From the human T2T-CHM13v2.0 reference genome, Homo sapiens: 64,000 bases of DNA. The stretch's first letter is position 1; every line of letters begins with the position of its first letter. Below, piece by piece: positions 13,026-28,335 of the stretch. A program made the translations under genes and the position numbers. The stretch lies in assembly GCF_009914755.1 (NCBI RefSeq), contig NC_060926.1. One strand, written 5' to 3'. The notes beneath the pieces are model-generated. The model made no database searches. It saw only the letters and a list, made by a program, of their open reading frames with translations, and was not told the DNA's origin.

Positions 13026-14517
13026 TCTCAAATAGTCAGTATATATCAGAATAACACAATTTCTATTACATAGTCAAGGAATAACTCTTCATGTCCTGTA
13101 TTGGATGCAGTTCTCAGTCTTCTGAAATGATTATATTGCAAAATTACAAGTTCTGATTAGCTTCAAAGAGAGTGAATGATGTAAAACATTCAGGAAAAAT
13201 CAGTATCAGGTGACATGAATTGAGGTTCATGAGTTTTGACAGTCAACACAAGATCATATGTGAGGCGTTATCTTACGGGAATGTATGTATCAGCCTCCTG
13301 GCCCCTGACCATGCTGTATGTTTTCCATTTTGCTCACTTCATTTTAGATTGGCTTGTTTTATTAGGGGAGATGCCTGAGTATGTAATCAATGACATGAAA
13401 ACAGAATTGGCAGCTGTCTGGGAGATTACAGATGTTCATATGTGGCCTGTGCACATGCCTACAGACACACAGACCCCAACTGCAAAATCATCAAAACACT
13501 ATATACTGCCTAGAAAGCCAAATAATGGTATCACCTCTAAAGTGACAGTGAGCTGGAGGCCAATTTACATTTAGCTGCATTGGGTTAGAATGTTGATGGA
13601 GTGATTCATGTAAGAAAACCATCCAGGGTCCCAACACCATTCAAAATGCTTATTTTAATACTGATTTTTCTGGCAAAATGCTGTTTTAAGATGACAAGAA
13701 GAAAAAAGTCACACAAATTCAGACATAGCAGAATTGGCATGAAAACAAATCTTTTAAGTATTTTAGAAAACTTATTAAAGAAGATAAATTTTAAATTATG
13801 ACTTAAGGTCAGTAAATCAAGGCTTTCTTTCCTAGAGAAGGTAAAGAACAACATTTCATCTTTTGTATATGTGGAAGCACTTTTGAGGTGTGTGTGGGTG
13901 TAACATGCATGCATGTGTATAAGTAAATCCTCCAAGAGGCGAGGAATAAACCTGTTGACCAACTCAGGGTAGCTATGGCATAAATATCAGAAAACTAAAG
14001 CTGATCTGATCAATAATTATCTGAAATAAAAAGAGTACATTTTACACTAACTTTTGCAATACAACCATGCTCCCTGAAACAAAGAACTTGTTTATAAATT
14101 CAACTTGGACACAATCCAAGGGAGTTTAGTTGTAGAAGTTAAAAAATAGGTAAATTATGAATTGGTTTGGTCTCCAAGTAAGTCTTATGGCATTATGATA
14201 AAAATGACAATGCTGCTATAGTGAAATTTTGCACTTGAGGATGATACTGCTGTCATTTTAATGTGTGGAGATGGCTGAAAAGATGTTCCACAGTGCATAC
14301 ACACTTGATTCAAATTCCAAATTCTACCTATTATACCATGAAGTCTAGATGGTTCAGGCTATCATTTTTCCCTTGTACCTCCTACCTGATCTCACCTGAC
14401 AATGAGCTCTGAAATTCCACGGGGTCTGACCCAGACCCATAAAGGAAAGTTCAAGGTTACTGCTATTTCCAATGCCAAGAAAATCCCCAGAGTAGGGCAG
14501 CCTAACACCCCTACCAG

Positions 14518-14915
14518 GCCCATGCCTCTAGATCACATCCCTTCAATCCATCTTTTATACTGGCTGCCAAAATGATAGTCCAAATATGAAAATCTAACAT
14601 GAAACCTTGGTTTAAAGCCCTTAAAATGCTTCCCTAGTGCCTACAGGAGTAAATTGTAAATTCCTTTACTTGGCAAAGAACTTCAGGATCTGGCCACTGC
14701 CTAGAAGTCAAGTCTCATCTGTCATTTCTGGATTGCTGTTTGCAAACTGGCAATCTTGAACTACTTAGAGTTCTCTGAATGTTCCAGTCTCTCTGTTGGC
14801 ACCCTGTCTTACACAGGCTCTTCCTGGAACAGCCTCCCAGCTTGGGTGCCTGACAACCTCATTCATTCTTCAAGCTTCTGTTCAAATGCTACCTCTTCTG
14901 AGAAGGCAATGCTTC
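14518..14915 (+). mobile_element. L2 LINE 3' region fragment
   Basis: ctcattcattcttcaagcttctgttcaaatgctacctcttctgagaagg and upstream L2-like motifs. Confidence 0.65.
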
Positions 14916-14983
14916 CAGAGGTCTTGTTGGGTGAGTTCCCTGTGCTCTGCTCTCCAGTGGTCTTGTTGGGTGAGTTCCCTGTG
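14914..14983. repeat. 39-bp-period direct duplication
   Basis: ggtcttgttgggtgagttccctgtg at 14920-14944 and 14959-14983. Confidence 0.9.
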
Positions 14984-14995
14984 TTCAGGGAAAGC

Positions 14996-15415
14996 TGATA
15001 GAGTTTGGATGTTTGTCCCTTCCAAATCTCATGTTAAAATGTGATCCCCAATTTTAAAGGTGGAGCCTAGAAGGAGGTGTTTGTTTCATGGGGGTGGATC
15101 CCTCATGTATGGCTTGGTGCTATCTTCAAGGTAATGAATTACCTCAAAGTATATTAGTTACTATGATATCAGATTGTTAAAAATAGTCTGGCACTGCCCC
15201 CGACCCTCTTGCTCCCTCTCCCACCATATGACATGCCAGCCATCTTACCTTCTGCCATAAGTAAAAGCTTCCTGAGGCCTCATCACAAGCTTAGCAGATG
15301 TCAGTGCCATGTTCCTTGTACGCCCTACAGAACTATGAGCCAAATAAACCTCTTTTCTTTATAAATTACCAAGCTTCAGGTATTTCTTTATAGCAATGCA
15401 AAATGGACTACTACA
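14996..15415 (+). mobile_element. MaLR solo LTR, MSTB-type
   Basis: tgatagagtttggatgtttgtcccttccaaatctcatgtt...gagccaaataaacctcttttctttataaattacc...ggactactaca. Confidence 0.88.
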
Positions 15416-15632
15416 ATAATCAACTAGAAAGAGCTTTTTATGAATGACTGACAGAACCATCCTAACTACTTAAAATACATTTTTCTGTGGTGGAGGTTTT
15501 CAAGACTATTATTCATTCTTTCAGTCTGTCCAGAGTCACCCAATAAAGTTACCAACAACTGATGACCAAAATCAACCTATGAATGCTCATTCTCCAAGTG
15601 ATTGCTCTCTCTAGTACCTTGGTAAAGAATAT

Positions 15633-15676
15633 GAGGCAGTATAGTCCAGCAATGAAGAATAAAGACTTAGGGGGAC
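15633..15676 (+). mobile_element. 5' piece of a MIR interrupted by the MST element
   Basis: ggcagtatagtccagcaatgaagaataaagacttagggg resembles the MIR 5' end; the remainder is at 17665-17866 on the opposite strand. Confidence 0.5.
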
Positions 15677-16064
15677 TGTCTTAGTTCATTTGTGTTACTA
15701 TAAGGGAATACTGGAGGCTAAATAATTTGTAAAGAACAAAGGTTTATTTGACTCATGATTCTACTGGTTGAAAGACTGAGCATCTGGTAAAAGCCTCAGG
15801 CTGCTTCCATTCATGGCAGAAGGCGAAAGGGAGTCGTGTGTGCAGAGATCACATGGTGAGAGAGGAAGCAAGAGAGTGAGAGGGGAGGTGCCAGGCTCTT
15901 TTTAACAATCAGATCTCAAAGGAACCAACAGAGCAGGAGCTCACTCACTACCCCCCAGGGAGGGCATTAATCTATTCATAACATATTAGGCATCTCCCAT
16001 TAGGCACCACCTCCAACACTGAGAATCATGTGAAATTTGGAGAGAACAAACATCCAAATTATAG

Positions 16065-16432
<368 letters not shown>

Positions 16433-16458
16433 AATCATCCTTTTTTAATAGTCCTCAA

Positions 16459-16775
16459 GACCATGTCTATGGCTCATGCCTGTAATCCCATCACTTTGGG
16501 AGGCCGAAGTGGGCAGATCACTTGAGGCCAGGAGTTTGAAACCAGACTGGCCAACATGGTGAAACCCCATCTCAACTAAAAATACAAAAATTAGCCAGGC
16601 ATGGTGGTGCACACCTGTAATCCCATCTACTCAAGTAGCTGAGGCGCAGGAATTGCTTGAACCCCGGAGTTGGATGTTGCCATAAACCAAGATCGTGCCA
16701 CTGCACTCCAGCCTGGGTAACAGAGTGAGACTCTGTCTCAAAAAAAAAACAAAAAAAAAAACAAAAAAAAAAAAA
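16459..16775 (+). mobile_element. Alu, AluSx/Sz-type
   Basis: Dimeric Alu with A/C-punctuated tail. Confidence 0.95.
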
Positions 16776-17664
16776 CAGGCTCCAAGTCTTAACTTGTTCT
16801 AACATCAACTCAAAAGTTCAAAGTCCAAAGTCTCATATGAGACTCAGGGAAAGTTTCTTCCAACTATGAGCCTGTAAAATAAAAACCTAATTCTTTTCTT
16901 CCAAGATTCAATGATTATCAGGCATTGGGTAAACACTACTATTCCAAAAGGGATAAATTGGCAAAAAGAAATGGGTAACAGGCCTCAAGTAAGTCTGAAA
17001 CCCAGCAAGGCAGACATCAAATCTGAAAACTCCAATATACTCTCTTTTGACTCCATGCCCTATATCCTAGGCACACTGGTGTGACTGGTAGGCCACATGA
17101 CTGCTTTCACAGGTTGGCCTGTGACTAAAATATCTCTGGATTTTCCAGGCTGTTGTTGCATGCTGCCAGAGGGTCTATAATTCTGGAGTCTGGAGGATGG
17201 TGGGCTTGCTCCCACAACTCCACTAGCCATTGCCCTAGTAGGGGCTCTTTGCTGTGGCTCCACCCCTGTGATAAGATTCTGTCTGTCAAAAGGCACCCTG
17301 GCTTTTTGATACACCCTCTGAAATTTACACGGAAGCTTCCAAGTCTCCACCACTCTTGCATTTTGGGAGACTGTAGACTAAGCACCACATGGACACTGCC
17401 AAAATTTATGGCTTGTGCTCTCTGGAACAGCAGCCCAAGTAGTAACTGAGGCTGTTTTAGCCACAGATGGAGCTAGAGCAGTGGGGATGTAGGAAGCAGA
17501 GTCTCAAAGCAACACAGGGTACCAGCATCCCAGGGCTACCCCACAAACCATTCTGTCTTTCTAGGCCTCTGGGCTTATGATGACAAGGCAGAGTGGAGCT
17601 GCTATTACTCATTTTGTTTGAAAATTGAGATGAATAGAGTAGGGTTTTATTTTTTTCCAAAAAC

Positions 17665-17866
17665 ATAATAATAATATCTACACTTACTTATAGCTTATTA
17701 TGTGACCAACACTATCATAAGCACTTGTTGCACATATACAATTTATTTAATCTTCACAACAATACTCTGAGGCTTGTACTATTAGTATTTTCATTTTACA
17801 GATGTAAAGGCTGAGGCAAAGAGAGTAGTGGCAGAATTAGGTCTCAGTTTAAGGTGGTCTGACCCC
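17665..17866 (-). mobile_element. MIR, 3' portion
   Basis: atttaatcttcacaacaatactctgagg...cattttacagatgtaaaggctgaggcaaagagag. Confidence 0.85.
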
Positions 17867-18966
17867 TCCTACAGTTTGGATATTTGACTGTTCCAGGCCT
17901 CGTGTTGAAATTTGATCCCCAATGTTGGAAGTGGGGCCTAAGTGAGAAGTGTTTGGGTAATGTGGGCAGATCCCTGATGAATAGATTAATGTCCTCCCTG
18001 GAGGGGTAGGTAACTTCTCATTCTATGAGTTCCCATGAGAGCTAGTTGTTAAAAAGAGCTGGGCACCTCCTCCCTCTCTCTTGCTTCCTCTCTCACCATG
18101 TGATCTCTGCACACCCAGCTCCCTTTCACCTTCCACTGTGACTGGAAGCTTTCTGAAGCCCTCATCAGAAGCAAATATTAGTCCCATGCTTCTTGTACCA
18201 TTTTCATAACTGTGAGTGAAATAAACCTCTTTTCTTTATGAATTGTCCTGCCTCATGCATTCCTTTATAGCAATACTAAACAAACTAAGACAGAAAATTG
18301 GTACTGGAGAATAAGGCATTTCTATAAAGATACCATGAAATAAAATGCAGAAGAGGCTTTGGAACTGGGTAATAGACAGATGTTTGGAGAGCTCAGAAGA
18401 CAGGAAGATGAGGGAAAGCTTGGAACTTTTTAGAGACTAAGAGGTTGTGACCTAGATGCTTTTAGAAATATGGACAGCAAAGGTCAGGCTGATAAGGTCT
18501 CAGATAGACATGAGGAACCAACTGGAAACTAGAGCAAAGGTTCCCCATGCTACACCTTAGCGAAGAACTTGGCTGTATTTTGTCCATACCCTGGGGCTTT
18601 GTGGAAGGCCAAACTTAAGAGTGATGACCTAGGGTATTTGGTAGAAGAAATTTCTAAGCAGTAAAGCATTCATGATGTGGTGTGTCTACTTTTAATAGCT
18701 TATGATCACATATAGTAGCAACAGAATGATCTAAGGTGGAATTTATAATTAAAAGAGAAACAGAGAGCAAAAATTTGGAAAATGTGCAGCCTGGCCATGT
18801 GGTAGAAAGGGGAAGCGCATTGTCAGGAGAGGAATCCAAGTGTGCTGTGAAACAACCACTTTCTAGGAAGATTAGCATGACTAAAAGGTAACCAGGTGCT
18901 AATTAATAGTTAAGACAACAGGAAAAAGGCCCCGAAGCCATTTCAGAAATCTTTGAGGCTGCCCTT
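17867..18966 (+). mobile_element. MSTB1-type 5' LTR (17867-18292) plus 5' half of MST internal sequence
   Basis: LTR ends caaactaagaca followed by gaaaattggtac and MaLR-int motifs (ctttggaactgggtaat, gaagacaggaagatgagggaaag). Confidence 0.87.
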
Positions 18967-19015
18967 AGGTCCAACCTCCCCATGTACTACAAACAACAAA
19001 TAACGATGGGCCACT

Positions 19016-20103
19016 TATCAGGCGAAATTCACCTCCGATATTTCTTGTAGGTTCTTTTCTATTTTCCCTAAGTGTCAGCCAGTCTGAGAAATAAAGGGAC
19101 AGAGTACAAAACAGAGAAATTTTAAAGCTGGGTGTCCAGGGGAGACATCACATGTTGGCAGGTTCCGTGATGCCCCCCAAGCCGCAAAACCAGCAAGTTT
19201 TTATTAGTGATTTTCAAAAGGGGATGGAGTGTACGAATAGGGTGTGGGTCACAGAGATCACATGATTCTTCACAAGGTAATAAGATATCAAAAGGCAAAT
19301 GGAGGCAGGGCGAGATCACAAGACCACAGGACCGGGGTGAAGTTAAAATTGCTAATGAAGTTTCGGGCACGCATTGCCATTGATAACATCTTATCAGGAG
19401 ACAGGGATTGAGAGCAGACAACTGGTCTGACCAAAATTTATTAGGCAGGAATTTCCTCATCCTAATAAGCCTGGGAGTGCTACAGGAGACCCGGGCTTAT
19501 TTCATCCCTCTGCTATGACCGTAAAAGACAGCCATCCCCAAAGCAGCCATTTCAGAGGCCTCCCCTCAGGGATGCATTCTTTCTCAGGGATGTTCCTTGC
19601 TGAGAAAAAGAATTCAGCAATATTTCTCCCATTTGATTTTTAAAGAAGAGAAATATGGCTCTGTTCTGCCCAGCTCACCAGCAGTCAGAGTTTAAGGTTA
19701 TCTCTCGTTCCCTGAACATTGCTGTTATCCTGTTCTTTTTTCCAGGTGCCCAGATTTCATATTGTTCAAACACACATGCTCTACAAACAATTTGTGCAGT
19801 TAATGCGATCATCACAGGGTCCTAAGGCGACATACATCCTCCTTAGCTTACGAAGATGATGGGATTAAGAGATTAAAGTAAAGTCAGGCATAGGAAATCA
19901 CAAGGGTATTGATTGGGGAAGTGATAAGTGTCCATGAAATCTTCACAATTTATGTTCAGAGACTGCAGTAAAGACAGGTGTAAGGAATTATAAAAGTATT
20001 AATTTGAGGAACTAATAAATGTCCATGAAATCTTCACAATTTATGTTCTTCTGCCATGGCTTCAGCCGGTCCCTCCGTTTGGGGTCCCTGACTTCCCACA
20101 ACA
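19016..20103 (-). mobile_element. MER11 solo LTR (HERV-K11/HML-8), ~1.09 kb, probably MER11C
   Basis: Minus strand starts tgttgtgggaagtcagggaccccaaacggagggaccggctgaagccatggcagaag; perfect 6-bp TSD gccact at 19010-19015 and 20104-20109. Confidence 0.9.
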
Positions 20104-21095
20104 GCCACTAATGCTCAAAGACACGTGAAACAATTCCTTGGGATCTTGTCTCTTTTTCTCAATGAGCTGCTACTCTATTTTTAGCTCTACCTGGCCTCCA
20201 GGTCTTGGTCTTTCAACCTGTGCTCGATCTGGTCACTGGGCATTCAGGAGTGGTGTTTGTGTTGTATCTTTTAGAAATCTACTTTAAATTTTGCTCATAA
20301 CTTTGACTGTGGCTTGCCCAATGGCTCTCCAGTCCTGTGTTAGCTCCAGTAAAATTCTCAGCAGTGGTTTCTCAGAACTCAGCCAAAACAGTGCCAACAT
20401 TACTGGCCCCCCAAAATGGAAAGCAGTTGTGTGGAGGGGGAAAATTTTGACTTTGCAAGCAGGAAGTGACTCACAAAGAACAGCTTTCTTTAATCACTCT
20501 GTAGGTATCGGGTTAAAATGACTTATTTCCTTGGTATTCCCTCTGGATTAGACTTTCTGGGCTTTTCCTCATTATGGGAGTGGTAAAAAGCTGGAGAACA
20601 TGGACCTGAGAGGAAGTTCCAAGGGGGTAAAGAGTTCTAAGGTTGTACCAGTTCTGCTGGAGCCTAAGCCTTCAGCCAGATGCTCCAAAGAAAACCCTGT
20701 GGCCTAGTCCAGACCACCAAAGGCCAAGGCCCAGTAGTTATAATAAAAGTATTCACTGTATTGATAAATATTCACTCTCAGAAATTGTTTCATGAATCTG
20801 CAGTAGTGGTAGTTCTCATGAAGAATTTGAGAGTTTTGAATCCCAGACAATGCAATTTTCAGATACTGATGTTATTTTAAAGTTTGAAGTTTCAATCATT
20901 TGATCAATGGATACTTTGTTCAGAAAATCATCTCATTTCCTAAGATTATAAAATCTTATGATTAGAAATTATCTTAAAGGTGTGCTATTGAATGCAGATC
21001 CAACCTCTGTTGGCTGCTGCTGCTGCTGCTACTACAACCTAACATTATAAGTGTAGGCTGCCTTATTTAACCTTTCTCTTCAAGATTTCCATATA

Positions 21096-21179
21096 TACAC
21101 TCCTTGACCTGGTGTGCCAATGCATAGGTGTTCAGTTACACCCCTTGACCTGGTGTGCCAATGCATAGGTGTTCAGTTA
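21096..21179. repeat. 41-bp tandem duplication
   Basis: tacac(t/c)ccttgacctggtgtgccaatgcataggtgttcagt x2 with one mismatch. Confidence 0.95.
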
Positions 21180-22464
21180 GCATTGCATAGGCATGTTATA
21201 TATCCAAAAAGGAAGACCCAACATAAATTACAAATCTATAAATCCAATTACGACCCAGAGTGGGTATAACAATTTTACATTTAAGATTTTCTACTCATTT
21301 TCTGAGTTTCTACAGTCATGCTCCTGCGGAAAATATTCTTTTGTCAGTGCCTTGAAGAAATAACCTAGGATCTGAGTTTATTCACAACCTTCTAATATTT
21401 TGCCAGGGGAACAGCCTTCTGGTAATTTGATGAGAGTGTTGTCCATAATTTATTCCATCCTATTCTATTATGTGCTTAGGTTCAAATAACTTTATTGATA
21501 TCCCTCTTGGTTGAATCTAAGGTACAGTCATAAAATCTAGGTGCCTGGAAAAAATTGAGTAGAAGTAGAAACTATAATCTAGCAATACAACACATTCTGA
21601 CTGTTGCATACAATTACAACTAATATCAATTGGCCCAATATGCACACAACCATTCCAGAAAGACTCAAGTGTGAAAAGGACAGGTGGCAATCTAATTAGA
21701 ATATGCGAACAAATTGGCTGGATATTGAATTGTACCTCTTAATGAACAGGGGAAATACAGAAGGAAGTTTAGCTAAATGTTAACATAAGATGAAAATGCT
21801 TCAGAGGATTGCAATCAGCCAATGTTCTCACTCAGTCCAATGCCAAATTGGAAGTAAACAGTCAATAACCTTTTTAGTTTCTTTAGGGAATGTTTTCATC
21901 AATAGGATTTTTTGGCTAAAACATAGTTTCTAACTTTTTTCTTAAGGCTAGTCTCATTGCTAACTTTATAAAAATAACTTTGTCAAAACCAAACCATACT
22001 TCAAAAGAATTCTGCCATATTACCATTAAATGAGGCTATATTTAAATAGCAGTGGTACCAGAACTGTCTATTCATAAAAGGTGCATTTCTACACACCTTT
22101 CCTTTACATAAAATCAAATACAAAAGGCCATGGATAAATTTTCTGCCAACTCAGTTGGAGCTAGAACCATTTTATTTTTCCAAATTGCAGTAGTGGCAAG
22201 ACTGAAAGTCCCTGCCATAAAAGACAAATCATATGGAAACTGAAGACAGAATATTTGGGGCAAACTGGGGGGTTTAACAAGGCTTTTGTGACTGCAGTTA
22301 AATTCCTGTGAAGGCCTGGTTTTAATCCCAAATACCAAGTGGACCCCTTCATTTATTTGTCCTAAATTTAATTCAAACAAACATATCCCAAACTAATCCA
22401 TTATTCCTCCCCCACCTTATTTTGTACAACTCTGATCTTTTGTCTGGTTTCCCCTGGCTCAGTT

Positions 22465-24200
<1,736 letters not shown>

Positions 24201-26828
24201 AAAAATTTAATTTTCAATATTCAAATTAAAAACAACTATGACAGATTAGTAACATTTAAAGATTCTGAGGAAAAAAAATAGCACAGAAAAGGGGAAGTCC
24301 CCTGCCACCTCCACTAGAACAAATGCTGGTAACCACAGGTGGGAGACCCATAGATGGTTCACAACACAGGACTCTGTGCAGACAACTTCCAGTACCAGCC
24401 TGGAGCCTGGTAGACTTGCTGGGTGGCTAGACCCAGAAGAGAGATAACAATCACTGCAGCTCAGCTTTCAGGAAGCCACATCCCCTAGAAGGGATTGGGG
24501 CCCTATCTTCAGCCTCCTCAAACAAAACAATTAGCAGCCAAGAATTTTGTATCCAGTGAAACTAAGCATCATATATGAAGGAAAGATAATCTTTTTCAGA
24601 CAAACAACTGCTGAGAGAATTCATCACTACCAATCCACCACTACAAGAACTGCTAAAAGGAGCTCTAAATCTTGAAACAAATTCTGGAAACACATCAAAA
24701 CAGAACCTCTTTAAGGCATAAATCACACAGGACCTATAAAACAAAAATACAATTAAAAAAGCAAAAACAAAAATATACAGGCAACAAATAGCACAATGAA
24801 TGGAATGGTACCTCACATCTCAATAGTAACATTGAATGTAAATGGCCTAAATGCTATACTTAAAAGATACAGAACTGCAGAATGGATAAGAACTCAGCAA
24901 CCAACTCTCTGCTGCCTTCAGGAGACTCACCTAACCCCTAAGGACCCACATAAACTTAAAGTAAGGGGCAAAAAAAGACATTTCATGCAAACGGACCCCA
25001 AAAGTAAGCAGGGGTAGCTATTCTTATATCAGACAGAACAAACTTTAAAGCAACAGCAGTTAAAAGAGACAAAGAGGGACAGTATATAATGGTAAAAGGC
25101 CTTGTCCAACAGGAAAATATCACAATCCTAAACGTATATGCACCTAACACTGGAGGTCCCGAATTTATAAAACAATTACTAATAGACCTAAGAAATGAGA
25201 TAACAGCAACACAATAATAGTGAGGGACTTCAACCCTCTAGTGACAGTACTAGACAAGTCATCAAGACAGAAAGTCAAAAAAGAAACAATAGATTTAAAC
25301 CACAGTAGAATGAAACTAGAAATCAACTCTAAAAGGAACCTTCAAAACTCTCATACATGGAAATTAAATAACCTGCTCCTGGATGAGCACTGGGTCAGAA
25401 ATGAAATCAAGATGGAAATTAAAAATTTATTTGAACTGAATGACAATAATGACACAATTTATCTAAACTTCTGGGATACAGCAAAAGTGGTGCTAACAGG
25501 AAAGTTCATAGCCCTAAACACCTACGTCAAAAAGTCCAAAAGAGCACAAACTGACATTCGAAGGTCACAACTCAAGGAACTAGAGAAACAAGAACAAACC
25601 AAACTCAAACCCAGCAGAAGAAAGGAAATAACCAAGATTAGAGCAGAACTAAATGAAATTGAAACAAATAAATACAAAAGATAAATGAAATAAAAAGCTG
25701 GTTCTTTGAAAAGATAAATAAAATTGATAGACCATTAGCAAGATTAACCAAGAAAGGAAGGGAAGAAAATCCAAATAACATCATTAAGAAATGACATTGG
25801 AGATATTACAACTGACACCACTGAAATACAAAAGATCATTCTCAAGGCTACTATGAGTACCTTTACACACATAAACTAGAAAACCTAGAAAAGATGGATA
25901 AGTTCCTGGAAAAATACAATGCTCCTAGCTTAAATCAGGAAGAATTAGATACCCTGAACCGACCGATAACAAGCAGCAAGATTGAAATGTTAATTTAAAA
26001 ATACCAACAAAAGAACATTCAAGACCAGATGGATCCACAGCAGAATTCTACCAGACATTCAAAGAATTTGGTACCAATCCTGCTTACACTATTCCACAAA
26101 ATAGAGAAAGAGCAAACCCTCCCTAATTCATTCTATGAAACCAGTATCACCCTGATACCAAAACCAGGAAAGGACATAACCAAAAAAGAAAACTACATAC
26201 CAATATCCCTGATGAACATAGATGATAAAATCCTTAATGAAATACTAGCTAATTGAATCCAACAACATATCAAAAAGATAATCCATCATGATCAAGTGGT
26301 TTTCATACCAGGGATGCAGGGGTGGTTTACCATATGCAAGTCAATAAATGTGATACACTGAATAAACAGAATTAAAAACAAAAATCACATGATCATCTGA
26401 ATAGATACAGGAAAAACATCTGACAAAATCCAGCATCCCTCTATGATTAAAAGTCGGCAAAATCGGCATACAAGGGATATACCTCAATGTAATACAACCC
26501 TGGGAGGAACAAGACAAGGATGCCCACTCTCACCACTCCTCTTCAACATAGTACTGGAAGTCCTAGCCGGAGCAATCAGACAAGAGAAAGAAATAAAGGG
26601 CATCCAAATTGGTAAAGAGGAAGTCAAACTGGCACTGTTTGCTGACGATATGATCATTTACCTTGAAAACCCTAAAGCCTCCCCCAGAAAGCTCCTAGAA
26701 CTGATAAAAGAGTTCAGCAAAGTTTTCAGATACAAGATTAATCTACACAAATTGGTAGCTCTTCTATACACCAACAGCGACCAAGCAGAGAACAAAATCA
26801 AGAACTCAACCCCTTTTACAATAACTGC

Positions 26829-26831
26829 AAA

Positions 26832-26866
<35 letters not shown>

Positions 26867-26867
26867 A
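26829..26867. repeat. (AAAT)n microsatellite in L1 ORF2
   Basis: About nine consecutive aaat units. Confidence 0.95.
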
Positions 26868-28232
26868 CCAAACTTAGCACTATACCTAAGCAAGAAGGTG
26901 AAAGATCTCTACAAAGAAAAGTACAAAACACTGCTGAAAGAATTCGTAGATGACACAAACAAACGGAAACCCATGCTCATGGATAGGTAGAATCAATATT
27001 GTGAAAATGACCCTACTGCCAAAAGCAATCTATGAATTCAACACAATCCCTATCAAAATGCCACCATCATTCTTCACAGAATTAGAAAAACAATTCTAAA
27101 ATTCATATGGAACTAAAAAAGAGCCCACATAGCCAAAGCAAGACTAAGTGAAAGGAACAAATCTGGAGGCATCACACTACCCAATTTCAAACTAAACTAT
27201 AAGGCCATAGTTGCCCAAACCGCATGGTACTGGTATAAAAATAAGCACATAGATCAGGGGAACAGAATAGGGAACACAGAAATAAATTCAAACAATTACA
27301 GCCAACTGATCTTAGACAAAGCAAACAAAAAGATAAAGTGGGGAAAGGACACCCTTTTCAACAAGTGATGCTGGGATAATTGGCTAGCCACATGTAGGAG
27401 AATGAAACTGGATCCTCATCTCTCACCTTATACAAAAATCAACTCAAGATGGATTAAGGACTTAAATCTAATACCTGAAACTATAAAAATTCTAGAATAT
27501 AACATTGGGAAAACCCTTCTAGACATTGGGTTAGGCAAGGATTTCATGATCAAAAACCCAAAAGCAAATGCAATAAAAACAAAGATAAATAGCTGGGACT
27601 TAATTAAACTAAACAGCTTTTGCATGACAAGAGGAACAGTCAGCAGAGTAAACAGACAACCCACAAAATGGGAGAAAATCTTCACAATCTATAAATCTGA
27701 AAACAATGAATATGCAGAATTTACAATGAACTCAAACAAATCAGTAAGAAAAAAACAAATAATCCCATCAAAAAGTGGGCTAAGGACATGAATAGACAAT
27801 TCTCAAAAGAAGATATACAAATGGCCAACAAACATATGAAAAATGTTCAACATCACTAATGATCGGGGAAATCCAAATCAAAACCACAATGTGATACCAC
27901 CTTACTCCTGCAAAAATGGCCATAATCAAAAAAATAAAAAGCAGTAGATATTGGGGTGGATATGGTGATCAGGTAACACTTCTACACTGCTGGTAGGAAT
28001 GTAAACTAGTACAGCCACTATGGAAAACAGTGCATAGATCCCTTAAAGAACTAAAAGTAGAACTACCATTTAATCCAGCAATCCTACTACTGGGTATCTA
28101 CCCAGAGGAAAATAAGCCATTATGTGAAAAAGATACTTGCACACATATGTTTATAGCAGCACAATTCACAATTGCAAAATCTTGGAACCAACCCAAATGC
28201 CCATCAATCAACAAGTGGATAAATAAACTGTG

Positions 28233-28299
28233 ATATATATGATATGCATGTCATATATATCTCACACACATATATATACCACATATATCACACATATAT

Positions 28300-28330
<31 letters not shown>
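28233..28330. repeat. (TA)n/(CA)n low-complexity expansion in L1
   Basis: Directly visible. Confidence 0.9.

Positions 28331-28335
<5 letters not shown>

Noticed and set aside
16829-16844. 16-bp palindrome agtctcatatgagact
   Set aside because: The MST internal consensus is already near-palindromic here; one substitution explains it.
19930-20048. Direct repeat gtccatgaaatcttcacaatttatgttc
   Set aside because: Intrinsic to the MER11 consensus as I recall it, not locus-specific.
21096-21179. Short direct repeats (also 14920-14983) as a CRISPR-like array
   Set aside because: Only two copies, no unique spacer series, no cas genes, eukaryotic context.
24796-28233. Reverse transcriptase and endonuclease ORFs as an active or novel retroelement
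   Set aside because: Ordinary L1 ORF2 broken by stops, frameshifts, deletions and microsatellites.
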